From contig CP089280.1 of NCBI GenBank assembly GCA_023920165.1, forward strand, positions 1,488,001 through 1,552,000: a DNA stretch of 64,000 nucleotides. The letters are read 5' to 3'. This DNA comes from Curvularia clavata (taxonomy: Eukaryota). The position numbers were made by a program, and so were the translations under genes. Under the pieces are notes generated by a model. That model did no database searches. It saw only the letters and a program-made list of their open reading frames with translations, and was not told the origin of the DNA. This document shows, piece after piece, positions 28,248 through 40,028 of the stretch (the stretch's first letter is position 1; each line of letters begins with the position of its first letter).

Positions 28248-30260
28248 ATTCCACTATGGTGGGCCTAATGGGGAGTTGGTTGCTTGTAGGACGAACATGG
28301 TCTTGTGTGTGTAGATATTTTTCATGTCTTGTTTACGATTACGGAAATCTTATGGCGTCTGTTGTGTTGCTCCGTTTTAGTTATATACGGACGCGGAATC
28401 CTCTCTAACAGAGAAAGGAGGGGGAAAAAGGGAAGAAAAAGTAGCTTGGTCTGAAGGAAAAAGCGAATATGATACCTTTTTTACATGATGATAATAATTC
28501 CCTATGTGCCTTGCTCTTTACAAAAGATTACCATGTATGTGCCACATCTTTGCACGACCGAGAAGAAAAACAAGGCGTGCCAACACTCTCCCCGACATGA
28601 AGCCTCTATTCTTGGCTCTTGGCTCGCAACAACCGGGCCTCCCGACTTGTATGTAGGAAACGGTATTCCCAAAGTGCAACCTGCAAGGCCCCCATCATCC
28701 TTTGCTCTTTCTTGGTAAAAACGTGTTATTCCCGCCCAATCGCATCAACACGACCCAGTCCTCTATTGTTGACTGCCGTGGCGGCAGTAGCGGCGTTGTG
28801 CAGAGAGCTAAGACGGGTGATGAGAGGGCTTGGTTGGGACGCTTAAACTCACACACCATACGATTTTATAAAGGGACTGGATGGGTGAGTGGGTGGGTGA
28901 CTGGCCATAGAGAGAGAGGACCTGCGTCGAGAGTGCAGGGTCGAGGCCCTTTGTACGCGTGCTCTGTGGCTGTTTGTGGTTGAGGAACACCGTTCTCTCG
29001 TGTGGAGATACATAGATGTGGCGGAGAGGAAGGGATAGTTAGGTAAAAGATATGGGCGCGACTCAGAGATGTTTTTGCAGTTTTACCATAATGGTGTTGT
29101 ATTTTCTTCATTCTTCTCTTATTTCTCAAGGTTCCTTATGGTGATTAATTCATAATTTTTTAAAAAAAAATCTTTTCTTTTTCTTATTTGAAAGCAGTTT
29201 CCCCATTTCAGTAAGAAATCGTAGTTCTATAAGCTAAGCAGGTTCGCAGCATGCTCGGTTGGTTTTAGTTAGCGAGTTCCTCAGTGAGGTTTGGAGACGT
29301 GCTGCACCGCGCTCTTTCGTTTGACTGGGTGAGAGGATGCATGTGTCTGTAAGAAAGAGTGGGACACAGAGTAGCGACACATCCTTGCCGCTTTGGATGC
29401 GGAGCACGAGCCGGGGTGCATTTCAGGATGCGGGTTGGTGGAATTTTCCCCGGATTACAAGGTTACATGGTTACATGGTTTGCTTGGCGCTCGGGGTATT
29501 TGGGTCCTGATATGTGTGGGGAGAGAGTTTGTAAGATGATGTTGATTAGGGGTTCTGTAACGAGTGAGAATAGAGAGGAGAGAGGAGTTGAGTATAGATC
29601 CGTGTACACATTCTTGGTGATTCGTCGGGGGTTGGAAGGGTTTGAGATTTGGACTTAAAACATAGGGTAAGAAACAAAAACCGTCCTTTTCGAAGTCATT
29701 TGGTACTGCAGATGCGATTGGTGAGGGACGAACGGCATGCTTGATTGTCCTTTCCATGTCCATCTTCCTCCCAATTCTTTTCCCTGCCGTCTCCCAAGAC
29801 CTCACTACGAGAAGCATACGAGTTCGAAGTTGTTTTTCTTGTTGGTGGTGTTTCGCGAGTGGGTGAGGCGGCTCCATGTCGGCAGGCAAAAACGACAATC
29901 ATACGACCAATTACCTGCCTCTCACCCGTGCACAGGGCGAGTCTCCAGTTTGACCCCGCAAAAAAGCCAAGGAAATGGGCATGGTTCAAATGTTTGACGA
30001 GGGGTAAAAGGGATTACGATGTGCAGATGCAGAGTTTGGGTGATTTTTAACGGAGTAGGATTCCGGACGTGCGATATATCAGCCGGTGGGGGGCCTGGGG
30101 TTGTATTCATATGTATATAGGCGTATGGTTTTGGTGGTGGTTGTCACCAGGACTTTGGTTGGGTAGCCTGGTAGCCCTGCCTCCTCTTTTACTGTGAACT
30201 TTGTGTGCTTGTCACGACGACTTTAAGAGGAAGAACGACAGTACCGACTGCGAAGACAAG

Positions 30261-31930
30261 ATGGCGCCAATTGCTGGTGACTTGGGCGAGGGCATCATCG
30301 AGCGCCTAGTCGCGAACGATAAAGTACGATGGTGGAATAAACCCAATCTGCGACGACTTTATTTTCTGCTCGTCCCGTTTTGTCTGTTTATCGAGTCTAC
30401 GTCCGGATTTGATAGGTGAGTTTGGGTTTTCGGCAAGGTCGGGAGAAAAGGTTTACTTATTCACATCTCTTAGCTCGATGATGAACGGCATGCAGGCGCT
30501 GCAGTACTGGAAAGATTACTTCAACGATCCCAAAGGAGGAGAGCTCGGCTTGCTGGTGGCTTGCTACAACCTCGGTGCTATTACCAGTATTCCGTTTGTA
30601 TCCATTGTATCGGATCATCTGGGGAGACGAAAGAGTATCGTGCTTGGGTCTACGATCATGGTCATCGGAGCGATCATGCAGGGATTATCGCGAAATTGTA
30701 CGTTGATTGAGAAATTTTTTGCAGTGAAATCGCTCACACATGAAAACAGTGGCCATGTTTGTTTTCAGCCGCATATTCCTCGGACACGGCATCGTTTATG
30801 CGATTATTTCTGGTGCTGCTCTCCTTGGCGAGCTCGGTCACCCAAAGGAAAGGCATTTCTTAGGAAGTATGTTCAATGCTTTCTTTGGCGTAGGCGCAGT
30901 CCTAGGAGCAGGAATCATTGTACGTACCTCGCTCATTAAGAGTGACTGGTCATGGCGTCTCCCGTCTATCCTGCAGGCCGGACCGTCGGTCATCCAGATT
31001 GTCTTTGCTTTCACGGTCCCTGAGAGCCCCAGGTGGTTGGTATCGAAAGACCGCAGCGAAGAGGCGCTCGAGATTCTGATCAAGTATCATGCCGAGGGCG
31101 ATGCTGCCAACGAGCTACCGCACCTGGAACTTGCCGAGATTCGCAAAGCACTGGAGTTGGAAAACGAGTCGCGTCGACGGGGATGGGCCGAGCTGTTTCA
31201 GTCAAAAGGCATGCGGCACCGTGCTATTGTTGCTGCTGGCCTCGGTATCTTCGTCCAGTACAGCGGAAACAATCTCATCAGCCAATACCTTGTACCTATC
31301 CTGAAAAAGATTGGGATCACAGACCCCAACGTGCAACTGCGCTACAACGTCGGATCAGAAGCATGGGGGTTTCTCATGGCGATCATCATAGCTTCTATCA
31401 CGCCCCGCTATCCTCGACGAAGAATGTACCTCCTCTGCGCAAGTTGCCTCTTGTGCGTATACACTGGATGGACCATTGCTCAAGCCCGCAACCGCATAAC
31501 ACGCTCCAAGGAATCAGGCTATGCCGTCTTAGTCATGATATTTCTATACAAACCCGCTTACAACATTGCCTACAACGCGCTCACCTACGTCTACATGGTC
31601 GAACTTTTCCCATACTTTGTTCGAACAAAGGGACTCTCTTGGTTCCAGCTGTTCAACAGATGTGCCGTGATGCTAGGTTCTTTTACCAATCCTATCGGAC
31701 TTGAAAACCTTGACTGGAAGTTTCTGTTTGTGTTTGTTGGTCTACTATGTTTTGAGATTGTCTTCATCTACTTCATGTTCCCAGAGACGTATGGAAAGAC
31801 GCTCGAAGAGCTGACGTTCCTGTTTGAGGATGAGAAACAGGATCGGGAGAAGCTGGCTGCATCGACGGCAAAGATCATGGGTGGTGATCCTGTTATCGAG
31901 CTGCGTGAGGCGCCAGAGAAGAAGGCTTAG
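30261..31930 (+). CDS. MFS sugar porter, lactose permease/cellodextrin transporter-like
   Basis: Exons 30261-30415, 30474-30697 and 30750-31930. Motifs TSGFDSSMMNGMQ, SDHLGRRK, ELGHPKER, WSWRLPSILQ, PESPRWL, QYSGNNLISQYL and FPETYGKTLEEL. Confidence 0.92.
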
Positions 31931-34014
31931 GTGGGTGGTCGGTGCGAGGTGGCTGAGCCGGGATGGACATGGAAATGGTTACATGGACATGGACCTGGGC
32001 GGGTCTTGCAAACGACGTTGCGTTTGGCGCTCGGGAAGTCGATGCGGAGGAGGTTGGTAGTTTATCTGATCCTTCAGGAATGTTTGAAACAATACGATGA
32101 CGAGATTAGAGGGAAATGCAGCTCAGTTTGTTATGCTATGCAGGTGTGTCTGATATTGATTGATGGTGTATAATGCTCCATATTGGGATCCGACGTAACC
32201 GCCGAACGGATTTAGTGTTGAAGATAGGTTGAAATGTGTGATTTGAACATGGCCAAACGAACTGCTCCCCTTCTTCGAGAGCTTTCTGCTACGCCAACAA
32301 TACCTGGTCTTTCAACTTGATAAGTTCGTTACGTACACCCACCATCAGACTGTTCCCCTCTTATCGGCCGTGAGGCTAACTCAAATTTGCCTGGACAACA
32401 CAGAAACCTCTAGGTCGACATTTGGTTATAGCGCCCCACCAGCCAACATGCAATACAGTGGCGTCCAAAACACTAACTTATATTAGTGGAGTTGCTATCA
32501 TCTGATGCGTCTCAAGACCAGCCATTCAAAGGATGGATTTGGTTAGACACGCGCTCATTGCTCTTCATTAGTCCGAAAACTGAAGCTCTCCGTGACAATT
32601 TACCAATTATGCAATCTTTGGTGTGACCATGATACCGATTATGAACGGCGGCTACGAGGAAACAATCCTAACATACCGGGATGTAAATAGTCTAGCGAGC
32701 GAATAGGAAGTTTGCGGGGTCGAAACAAACATAAACAGGTGAGTTCTTGCTGGTGGAGTTACCGAATCGTATGTAACATAGGCTAGATAGCCGCGACCCG
32801 ATAGGCTGGGTTGGTCCTCCGCCACTGTTGGTACACGTGTCAGAGCTACGACATATCGAATGGCATACTGAGCTTCAAGCCATGGTGGTATCAGGACATT
32901 CGGCCAAGTGTTGGAAGTAGATGGCAGCTGATCCTGGACTTGTTGATCTTACTCTAGGCTTGCTTTTGGTCTTTTGGTACTCTGGTAAATCTCCTAGATA
33001 GCATCCACCCGGGAATCCATTTCCTCATCACGTGAGTTGCACTTGATGCATGCGCGTGTTATGCGCTGTGAACTTGTGAATACACGATGGAAGCGATGTA
33101 GAATGTTCGGAAATAGACGACTAGACGACGTGTCTAAAATTTCCCTCTACTGTAATTGGCCGCTATTTTTGTGCAAGTGGGGTGGTCGGCTCCGCGCTTA
33201 ACGATAATGGGACCCCGCTATCGCAACCCCCCAAAAAGTCCTCGAAGACCACCATGACGACCGCCTTCAAAACGACCAACCCGTGTGAGAATTCATGCGA
33301 TAACCTCTGAGGCTGGAAATTTGCATTCTAATTCGCTTGCTCAGCAGCTTCAACACGCCTCCGCAGCTTTTGTGGTTGTCGCAATCGTTTCAAGTCATGA
33401 GGCTCCAAGCGCTAATATAACTGTGCCACAGTCTTACATCAACGTCACTTCACGTAGGGGCCAAAACTAAGAATATGCCTACTTGCATGTTGTTTTTAAT
33501 ACCACGGCGGCAATGGAGAACACGCTAGGCTAACCATGCGGCCACGCCAGCGGTTACACACTCGCTCTGTACGGCTACATCCTCACCGGTGCACGGCCTG
33601 ACAGCTTCCGAAGCCTACGCCGCATGCAGATGTCAAGGCAGATGCCCTCAGCCGCTTTTCTTGGCATATTTTCTGGAGGTTGGGGACGGGTCCTTGCGGC
33701 TAGCTCGTGCGATGAATGGTGGATGAGCTCGGCCATGCATCGATTCCCAGAATCAAGGCGTGGTTTGCATGTACGCCGCAGTAGCATTCGTGTTTGATGT
33801 TTGTTATATGACCCAATCAGGAGAGTACCCGGTAGAGGCTTATACAGTAGCTGAGTGCTGTTATAGTGCCGTGGGTGTAAGTACACAAGATACACCTGCA
33901 GCTTACTTTCAGTCTGGCATCTATCCCCCAGACATTTTCTCAATCCATCTCCACATAATACTCTACACTTCTTTTTGAATATCTGCAGTACCTTGTTCAT
34001 TCTTTTCTTTTCTA

Positions 34015-36489
34015 ATGCCTTATCCTATCACCATTCCAGGCTCTCCATCAAGTATGGCTCGGCCAGAGAGAAGTCCCATGCACTGGCCTAGCTTTCCAGA
34101 CGTTCCTATTTACCTCGACACAAGCAACAGCCACGCCGCCAACAAGACCTATGGAACAACACCCACAACCCCAACTACACCAGAAAGGGTACCAAGCGGA
34201 CGCCCAACACATCTCAGCCCAGCCCACATCAATGCCCCACCAATCAGTCCAGTAGAGCCCAGCCCTACCACAACCATAGAGACAAGCTCGGATCACAACT
34301 CCCAAATCTGGCCAATTCCCGAACCTCCTCCAGAAGTGAGGCATCAGAAGCCTCGACGACCCTATCTTCAATTTATCCCAAACGACCGGCCCCGTCTTCG
34401 CCTTGGTGAATCTCATCTGACGGTTCCTCAGCAGGCTCCCGTCCCTGAGAGCCAATATCCCCAAGATCACAAGTCGCACCACGGTCTTGGTATTAGCGGT
34501 GGTCCGCCCAAGCCACCATCCATCACAGTACAGCCACCACCATTTGACAGTGAGAAAGTTGAACCAGCCACAAATATTGCACAACGAATCGAGGAGAAAC
34601 TCTGGAACTACAATTCTTCAGGCAACGTTATTGAGCGATGGATTCTTGAGATAGTTAGTTGGCTGATCAGCGCTATCTGCATGGCTGCTATAATCGCTGT
34701 CCTGGCCGTTCTCAAGGACAAGCCAGCTGCAAAATGGCCTTTCGATAAGATGGGGCTCACTCTGAATGCCTTTGTATCTGTACTCTCCCGAATTGCCGGG
34801 GCTGCTCTCCTCCTGCCAGTAGCAGAAGCACTTGGCCAACTGAAATGGAGCTGGTTTGTTAGGGGCGACTCGAAGAAGATGTGGGACTTTGAAATGTTCG
34901 ACAACGCATCACGAGGACCTTGGGGCGCTTTCCTTCTTCTCATACATACAAGGGGCAAGACAATTGCTGCTCTGGGTGCGCTCGTCACAATCTTTGCGCT
35001 TGCATTGGACCCTTTCTTCCAACAGGTCGTCAGTTTTCCAGAACGGTGGACATTGCAGGAAGCGAACAGCTCTATACCTCGAACGGTACGATATCAGCCC
35101 GTTTACGATATTGAGTATGTGAACGGTATCGACATGGCTGAAACCGACGCGGACATCTGGGCCATCGCTGACCAATTCTTTCTCCATAACGGGACGCAGC
35201 CTGTTCCCTATGGGAATGGCACTCGTGCAGATATTCCCATCTCTTGTCCCAGTACCAACTGCACTTGGCCAAGCTATGAGACATTGGGAATGTGTAGCCA
35301 GTGTGTCGAAACACCAAATCTCCTAAACTTCACGTGTATGGAGACTCAGGTGGATTGGACCTCAACGCTTACTGCGAATGTGTCGACTTTCCCTAATACC
35401 ACAGTATGTGGATATTTCCTAAATTCCACCAGTGATGCACCAGTTCTCATGTCTGGATACATCGTGGAAGAAAATGGGAACAAGACCGGAGAAGCTTTGA
35501 TGATGCGAACTTTGCCGCTGGTAACCAACCCAGAACGATATGCTTTATGGGGAGACGGATCCATCAACTTCAAACACATACGAAATCCTATTATTGATTT
35601 CGTGATCGCGGCCAGTGCGAACAGCGCTGATGTCTACGCGGAGAAGATGCCCGTAGTCCACGAATGTGTTGTCTCCTGGTGCGTTAAAACCCTGGAGTCA
35701 TCTTACCACTTAGGCACCTACGAGGAGAAAATAACGAACGTCTTCTTAAACGAGACCCCAGGATCGTTTCCATGGTCAAGCACCCAAAGTGAAGACGAAA
35801 ACATCCTTATCGTGGACTATTTCGACAACGTAACGATCTCCGCACCCCCAGTGAACCCAGATTCAGCTAAATACGGATGGGGAGTCAACAATGATACCAT
35901 GTTCAACACGGTCTATGTGTTTGATCGCATATTTCCGGCATTCACAACTCTTACGAACTATTCTGAAACTCCGGTACTTCGCTGGAGGACTGGAAGCTTT
36001 ACACAGGCCAGAACTAAATATTTGGATTACAACCCCTGGTTACCGCCAAATAATATCTCGCGTCATATGGAACGGATGACCGAAGCCCTTACAAATGTTG
36101 TTCGATCATCAACTAGTAAAGAAATGGTATTCGGTCAAGCTTTCGATAATGAAGTTTATGTGGAAGTCAAATGGGGATGGCTGAGTTTGCCGCTGTGTCT
36201 GCTTCTTGTCAGCTGTTTGTTTCTCGTTTCGACAGTGATCAAGAGCGCTGCTGAAAAAGGCCAAGTTAGTATAAGGAAGAACTCTGCGATTGCGACCTTG
36301 CTTTACGGGCTTCCAGACCATTACCAGAAACGACTCGCAAAATCCAACTCGGAGGGTACACCAAGGGCGAGAGCTAAGGAGTTGAAAGTGAGACTGTCCG
36401 CTACACGCGGCTGGAGAAGTTCCGGAATGTTATTCACTCCTTCGACACCGAAAGGCCCTTCCAATCTACCACCACCGGGGTGGATTTAA
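34015..36489 (+). CDS. DUF3176-type multi-pass membrane protein, paralog 1 (intronless, 824 aa)
   Basis: Pro-rich N-terminus. TM block WILEIVSW...LTLNAFVSVLS...PVAEALGQLKWSWF...DFEMFDNASRGPWGA...LALDPFFQQVV (DUF3176 signature as recalled). Large Cys- and NxS/T-rich ectodomain (CPSTNCTWPSYETLGMCSQC) and a final TM VEVKWGWLSLP. Confidence 0.85.
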   Translation: MPYPITIPGSPSSMARPERSPMHWPSFPDVPIYLDTSNSHAANKTYGTTPTTPTTPERVPSGRPTHLSPAHINAPPISPVEPSPTTTIETSSDHNSQIWPIPEPPPEVRHQKPRRPYLQFIPNDRPRLRLGESHLTVPQQAPVPESQYPQDHKSHHGLGISGGPPKPPSITVQPPPFDSEKVEPATNIAQRIEEKLWNYNSSGNVIERWILEIVSWLISAICMAAIIAVLAVLKDKPAAKWPFDKMGLTLNAFVSVLSRIAGAALLLPVAEALGQLKWSWFVRGDSKKMWDFEMFDNASRGPWGAFLLLIHTRGKTIAALGALVTIFALALDPFFQQVVSFPERWTLQEANSSIPRTVRYQPVYDIEYVNGIDMAETDADIWAIADQFFLHNGTQPVPYGNGTRADIPISCPSTNCTWPSYETLGMCSQCVETPNLLNFTCMETQVDWTSTLTANVSTFPNTTVCGYFLNSTSDAPVLMSGYIVEENGNKTGEALMMRTLPLVTNPERYALWGDGSINFKHIRNPIIDFVIAASANSADVYAEKMPVVHECVVSWCVKTLESSYHLGTYEEKITNVFLNETPGSFPWSSTQSEDENILIVDYFDNVTISAPPVNPDSAKYGWGVNNDTMFNTVYVFDRIFPAFTTLTNYSETPVLRWRTGSFTQARTKYLDYNPWLPPNNISRHMERMTEALTNVVRSSTSKEMVFGQAFDNEVYVEVKWGWLSLPLCLLLVSCLFLVSTVIKSAAEKGQVSIRKNSAIATLLYGLPDHYQKRLAKSNSEGTPRARAKELKVRLSATRGWRSSGMLFTPSTPKGPSNLPPPGWI

Positions 36490-36642
36490 TTGTATTTGAA
36501 TATCAAGGATTTACTATCCTTTTTACTACAATGGAGTACAAGAAATACAAAAGAAATTGTCAAAGAAATATTAGAAATGATACCTTCCGAAACGGTCTGC
36601 AGCAACATTGATAGCAGACTCTTTGTAAAATCTCCCTCCTCT

Positions 36643-37415
36643 TCAACTGCTTCCTCCGCGTTCGGCACCACGACCGCGCTCGACTAGACCCTCGGAAGAT
36701 TTAGCATTACGTTTGCCGCTTCCACCACGTTCGGCACCACGGCCTCGCTGTACGAGCTCTGTTTCTCCTTGGGACCTCCGTCGACCGCTTCCTCCGCGTT
36801 CTGCGCCGCGACCTCGCTCGACTAGACCCTCGGTAGGTTCAGCTTCGCGTTTACCACTTCCACCACGTTCTGCACCACGGCCTCGCTCTACGAGCTGTTC
36901 CATTTCTTCTTGAGATCTACGTCGACCACTTCCACCACGTTCGGCACCACGGCCTCGCTGTACGAGCTCTGTTTCTCCTTGGGACCTCCGTCGACCGCTT
37001 CCTCCGCGTTCTGCGCCGCGACCTCGCTCGACTAGACCCTCGGTAGGTTCAGCTTCGCGTTTACCACTTCCACCACGTTCTGCACCACGCCCTCGCTCTA
37101 CAAGCTCCTCTGTTTCTTCTTGGGACCTCCGTCGACCGCTATCTCTCCAGTGAACCCGACCACCCCAGTTCGAGGCTGGACGTTCGACAACAGGTAACCG
37201 TTCTGTACCAGTTGTTCGCTTTGCTTGATTGGCATTGAAGGTTTCAGTATGTCTCTTGACATCCAGTTCCACATTGAGAGAAGGTGTCTAATACAACCGT
37301 CAGCACAGTGATCATTGATGAAAGACTCAAGTCCACCTACGTCGATCAGTGGGACGGCGGCAGAAAGAGTTGGAACGACAAGGGTCGCAACGGCAAAGAT
37401 GATGGTTCCTCGCAT
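36643..37415 (-). CDS. Secreted Kex2-processed repeat protein (KEP), 239-aa multi-copy peptide precursor
   Basis: Exon 1 37415-37341 encodes the signal peptide MRGTIIFAVATLVVPTLSAAVP. A 53-nt phase-0 intron (GTAGGT...GCTGAC...TTAG, 37340-37288) joins it to exon 2 37287-36643, which carries 7x LV[EQ]R-GRGAERGGS[G/S], the first six followed by KR/RRR. Confidence 0.88.
36646..37140 (-). repeat. Coding tandem repeat of 69-72 nt units, with a 210-nt higher-order duplication
   Basis: The sequence at 36721 (tccaccacgttcggcaccacggcctcgctgtacgagctct...) recurs at 36931. The duplicated block is three units (24+23+23 codons). Confidence 0.92.
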
Positions 37416-40028
37416 GGTCGCAGATCCTAGAAGACAGTTGATTGGCCAGCAGATGGATGATCGATAAAATTAAAAGAGTGAAAGATCGCACAGCGAAACG
37501 TTGTCGAAGAAGCTTTGGGTTGTCTGGGAGTGGAGACGAGAACCTCGAGGACGTGTTGATTCATTTATCCCTCATGAACACACCACGGGGATTGCAGATT
37601 CGGTGATACCGCACGACCGACTCACACCTACAACCTTGCTGTCGGCGCTTCAACCCGTGGTCACTCATTACCTTGATAACCGCCTTTGAAGCCACCTATG
37701 CGGTGCAAGGCACACGGAACAGCATGCACAATGCGCGCATCATGCGGAGCTGTACAACCATTGGGAGAAGCAGGCGAAGGCATGATGGTTGAAGTACAAA
37801 CTGGGAAAGGTGAAACACAAAAGCCGACGCGACTGGAACGCGCGGCGTTAGATTGACATTGGTGGAGGCCTTGGAACGTCGCGCAATGGATCAGAAGGCT
37901 CCAGGGGCTTTCATCACATGGAGATATCACATTGGAAGCGCTGGAAGGGCTTTCTACAAGGCAGGTCAAAAGATTTGAGAATATGTAAGTCAAACTCTAG
38001 GCCTGTGATTGCCTTAGTTTTCAACAATTGTTAGAACGATTTCTAACCAATCGAAGATGTATAGTAATGTGACGAGACTTGGCGGCGTTTTGATCCCTTG
38101 ACAACAAATGAAGCGATTGGCTCTGCTTGATCGGTACCTTACGCCAATCAACCGCTCCCGCGACCTAGTCACAGGTGTTCGACATGCGAAATACGTGCCA
38201 GCGCTTCGCCTCCTTCAACAACTTTGTTCAGATTTTACAAAGATTGAATATATGCTGTTTGTACGGGTTTACGAAATCATTGTTAAGTTCCGCTGTTGCG
38301 ATGGTGCGTGGCGTTTTTACCCCTGCATAGCAGCCGCAGTTAGCAGCACCACGCTCGACAATGCAATTGTCACACATTGTCTGCAATCGCAATCGACACG
38401 AGGACTGGTGCAGCTTATACCAGGACTATAGCGGAGTTCTATGATTCGTGCCCTTTGTGGCATGCATGAAGGACCACTTCGATCATGTACACTTTGATTG
38501 CGACATTGCAAGAAACGATACCCATACAAACAAAGTTCTGGGGTATGCTGACCGAGAAGCGTTCACCAATCATGCATTTCTATTAAGCGCCCAGTCTCAA
38601 CACTGACGTCGTTAGGTCTCCTCCATTACCACCCGGGCAAAACAATGAAAATCATGTATACCTTATCAGAAGTGTCCTTCATGCAGGTTCGTCTCTTTTT
38701 TGCTCTTAGTACTACACCTACAGCCCTACCCGTAACTATGTCATGCTTGCACGCACCTCGGTTGTAAGCACCAGGTATAAGTAATCACAACGTTTATGCA
38801 GTGTGATATCAACAGAACCCCTCCGCTTATCCCATTGTCAACGCTTTAGCATTGGCGTCCTTATGGTTCGACGACTTTAGGACCGCACAGGCTTCCTCCA
38901 GCCAGGGTCATTTAGTCATTCAACTGTCACGTGATCATAGCGATTTCTGTAATGAACCTGCTTACATGTGTAAAGCAAAGACTCAGTTTACTCACAAAGA
39001 TAGAATGTTCTATAGTTACTAGAAATAAGAAGTGTGCCAAGTGATGTTTAGATTTCTATTGCCCCAGACATACCCCTTCCCTTCTGCAACCAGCACCTGT
39101 ATACTATGTGCATCACGATATCTGTAAAGATGCATAGCGATTCGGGCCATATGTGAAAATGTTACAAAAAATTCAGTCTTCTTTGACAAGATTCTTAGAA
39201 GAGGAGGCTCTAGTCTCAATCCCGCTCGTCTTTGGTTATGTCCTTCATGCGCGAAGGTGGCGTCTAGAAGTCCCACCGTTGATACGAGTTCGATGTATGT
39301 TTTTCTTTGCGCTGTCTTGCGCTATCTGTATGCTTGTGTCAACGTTGAGCAATCCACGATATCAGGTGTTCGAGAGAGCCTCCAGTTCAACCCCATCGGC
39401 CACGTCAACTTGAGTATAGGCCTATCAGGACTCTGCTGATCCTGCTGCACGTCGATGAAGGAGTAAAATCGCCTTGCGTTATGCCTAGGACATCATGCCT
39501 CATAATCGCACCACTTCCAGCGCTTGCATGCAAGTATGTATTGTGCTTCCAGTGGGTACTGTAATTTTGATCTGCCTAACCCTCTCGAGAATGGTTCATC
39601 AAGCACAGCATTGCGCCACGGCGCTACCACGAATGTCTAAGTACCGCATGATTGGCGCAACTAACTTTGTCGCTCTATAAGCCGCCCAACGACTCATGTG
39701 CTGTCAAGTTACGGCGCTAAGCATCTTACTTCCAATGGTTCAATAATAAAGCCCAGTACACGTCTACAGTTAAACGATATAATTTTCCGATCTAGAACTA
39801 CACGTTTGGTGTCGGCTAATTGCCGAAGCGCGAACTGATAACTAGATCACCTTGACTAGACAAGTTGCCGCCCGCCTACCGGTAGCCGATAAGCGCCTGG
39901 CTTCATCACTGCAACAAGGCTTGAATGCTGCGGATGTGGCTACCAATCATGGGGTCTACAACCTCATTCAAAATACAGCCTCTCGTATCACATCATGTAA
40001 TTTCAAATTTTCGTGCAAACGCAGTCGT

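Noticed and set aside
29100..29200. AT-rich patch with T/A runs
   Set aside because: It is short and shows no terminal repeats or TSD, so it is likely an ordinary nucleosome-depleted intergenic tract rather than a transposon relic.
36646..37140. Repeat array as a CRISPR or non-coding satellite
   Set aside because: The context is eukaryotic, unit lengths are multiples of 3, and variation is synonymous inside a signal-peptide-bearing ORF.
36643..37415. KEP as the alpha-type mating pheromone precursor (ppg1) or an ustiloxin-type RiPP
   Set aside because: The core lacks the Trp/Cys pattern of ascomycete alpha-pheromones and any Tyr/aromatic cross-linking residue. No DUF3328 (HxxHC) or tyrosinase gene is visible in the window.
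37811..37817. TGAAACA (Ste12 pheromone-response element) ~400 bp upstream of the KEP gene
   Set aside because: It is a single 7-mer, expected by chance several times in 64 kb, and is not clustered.
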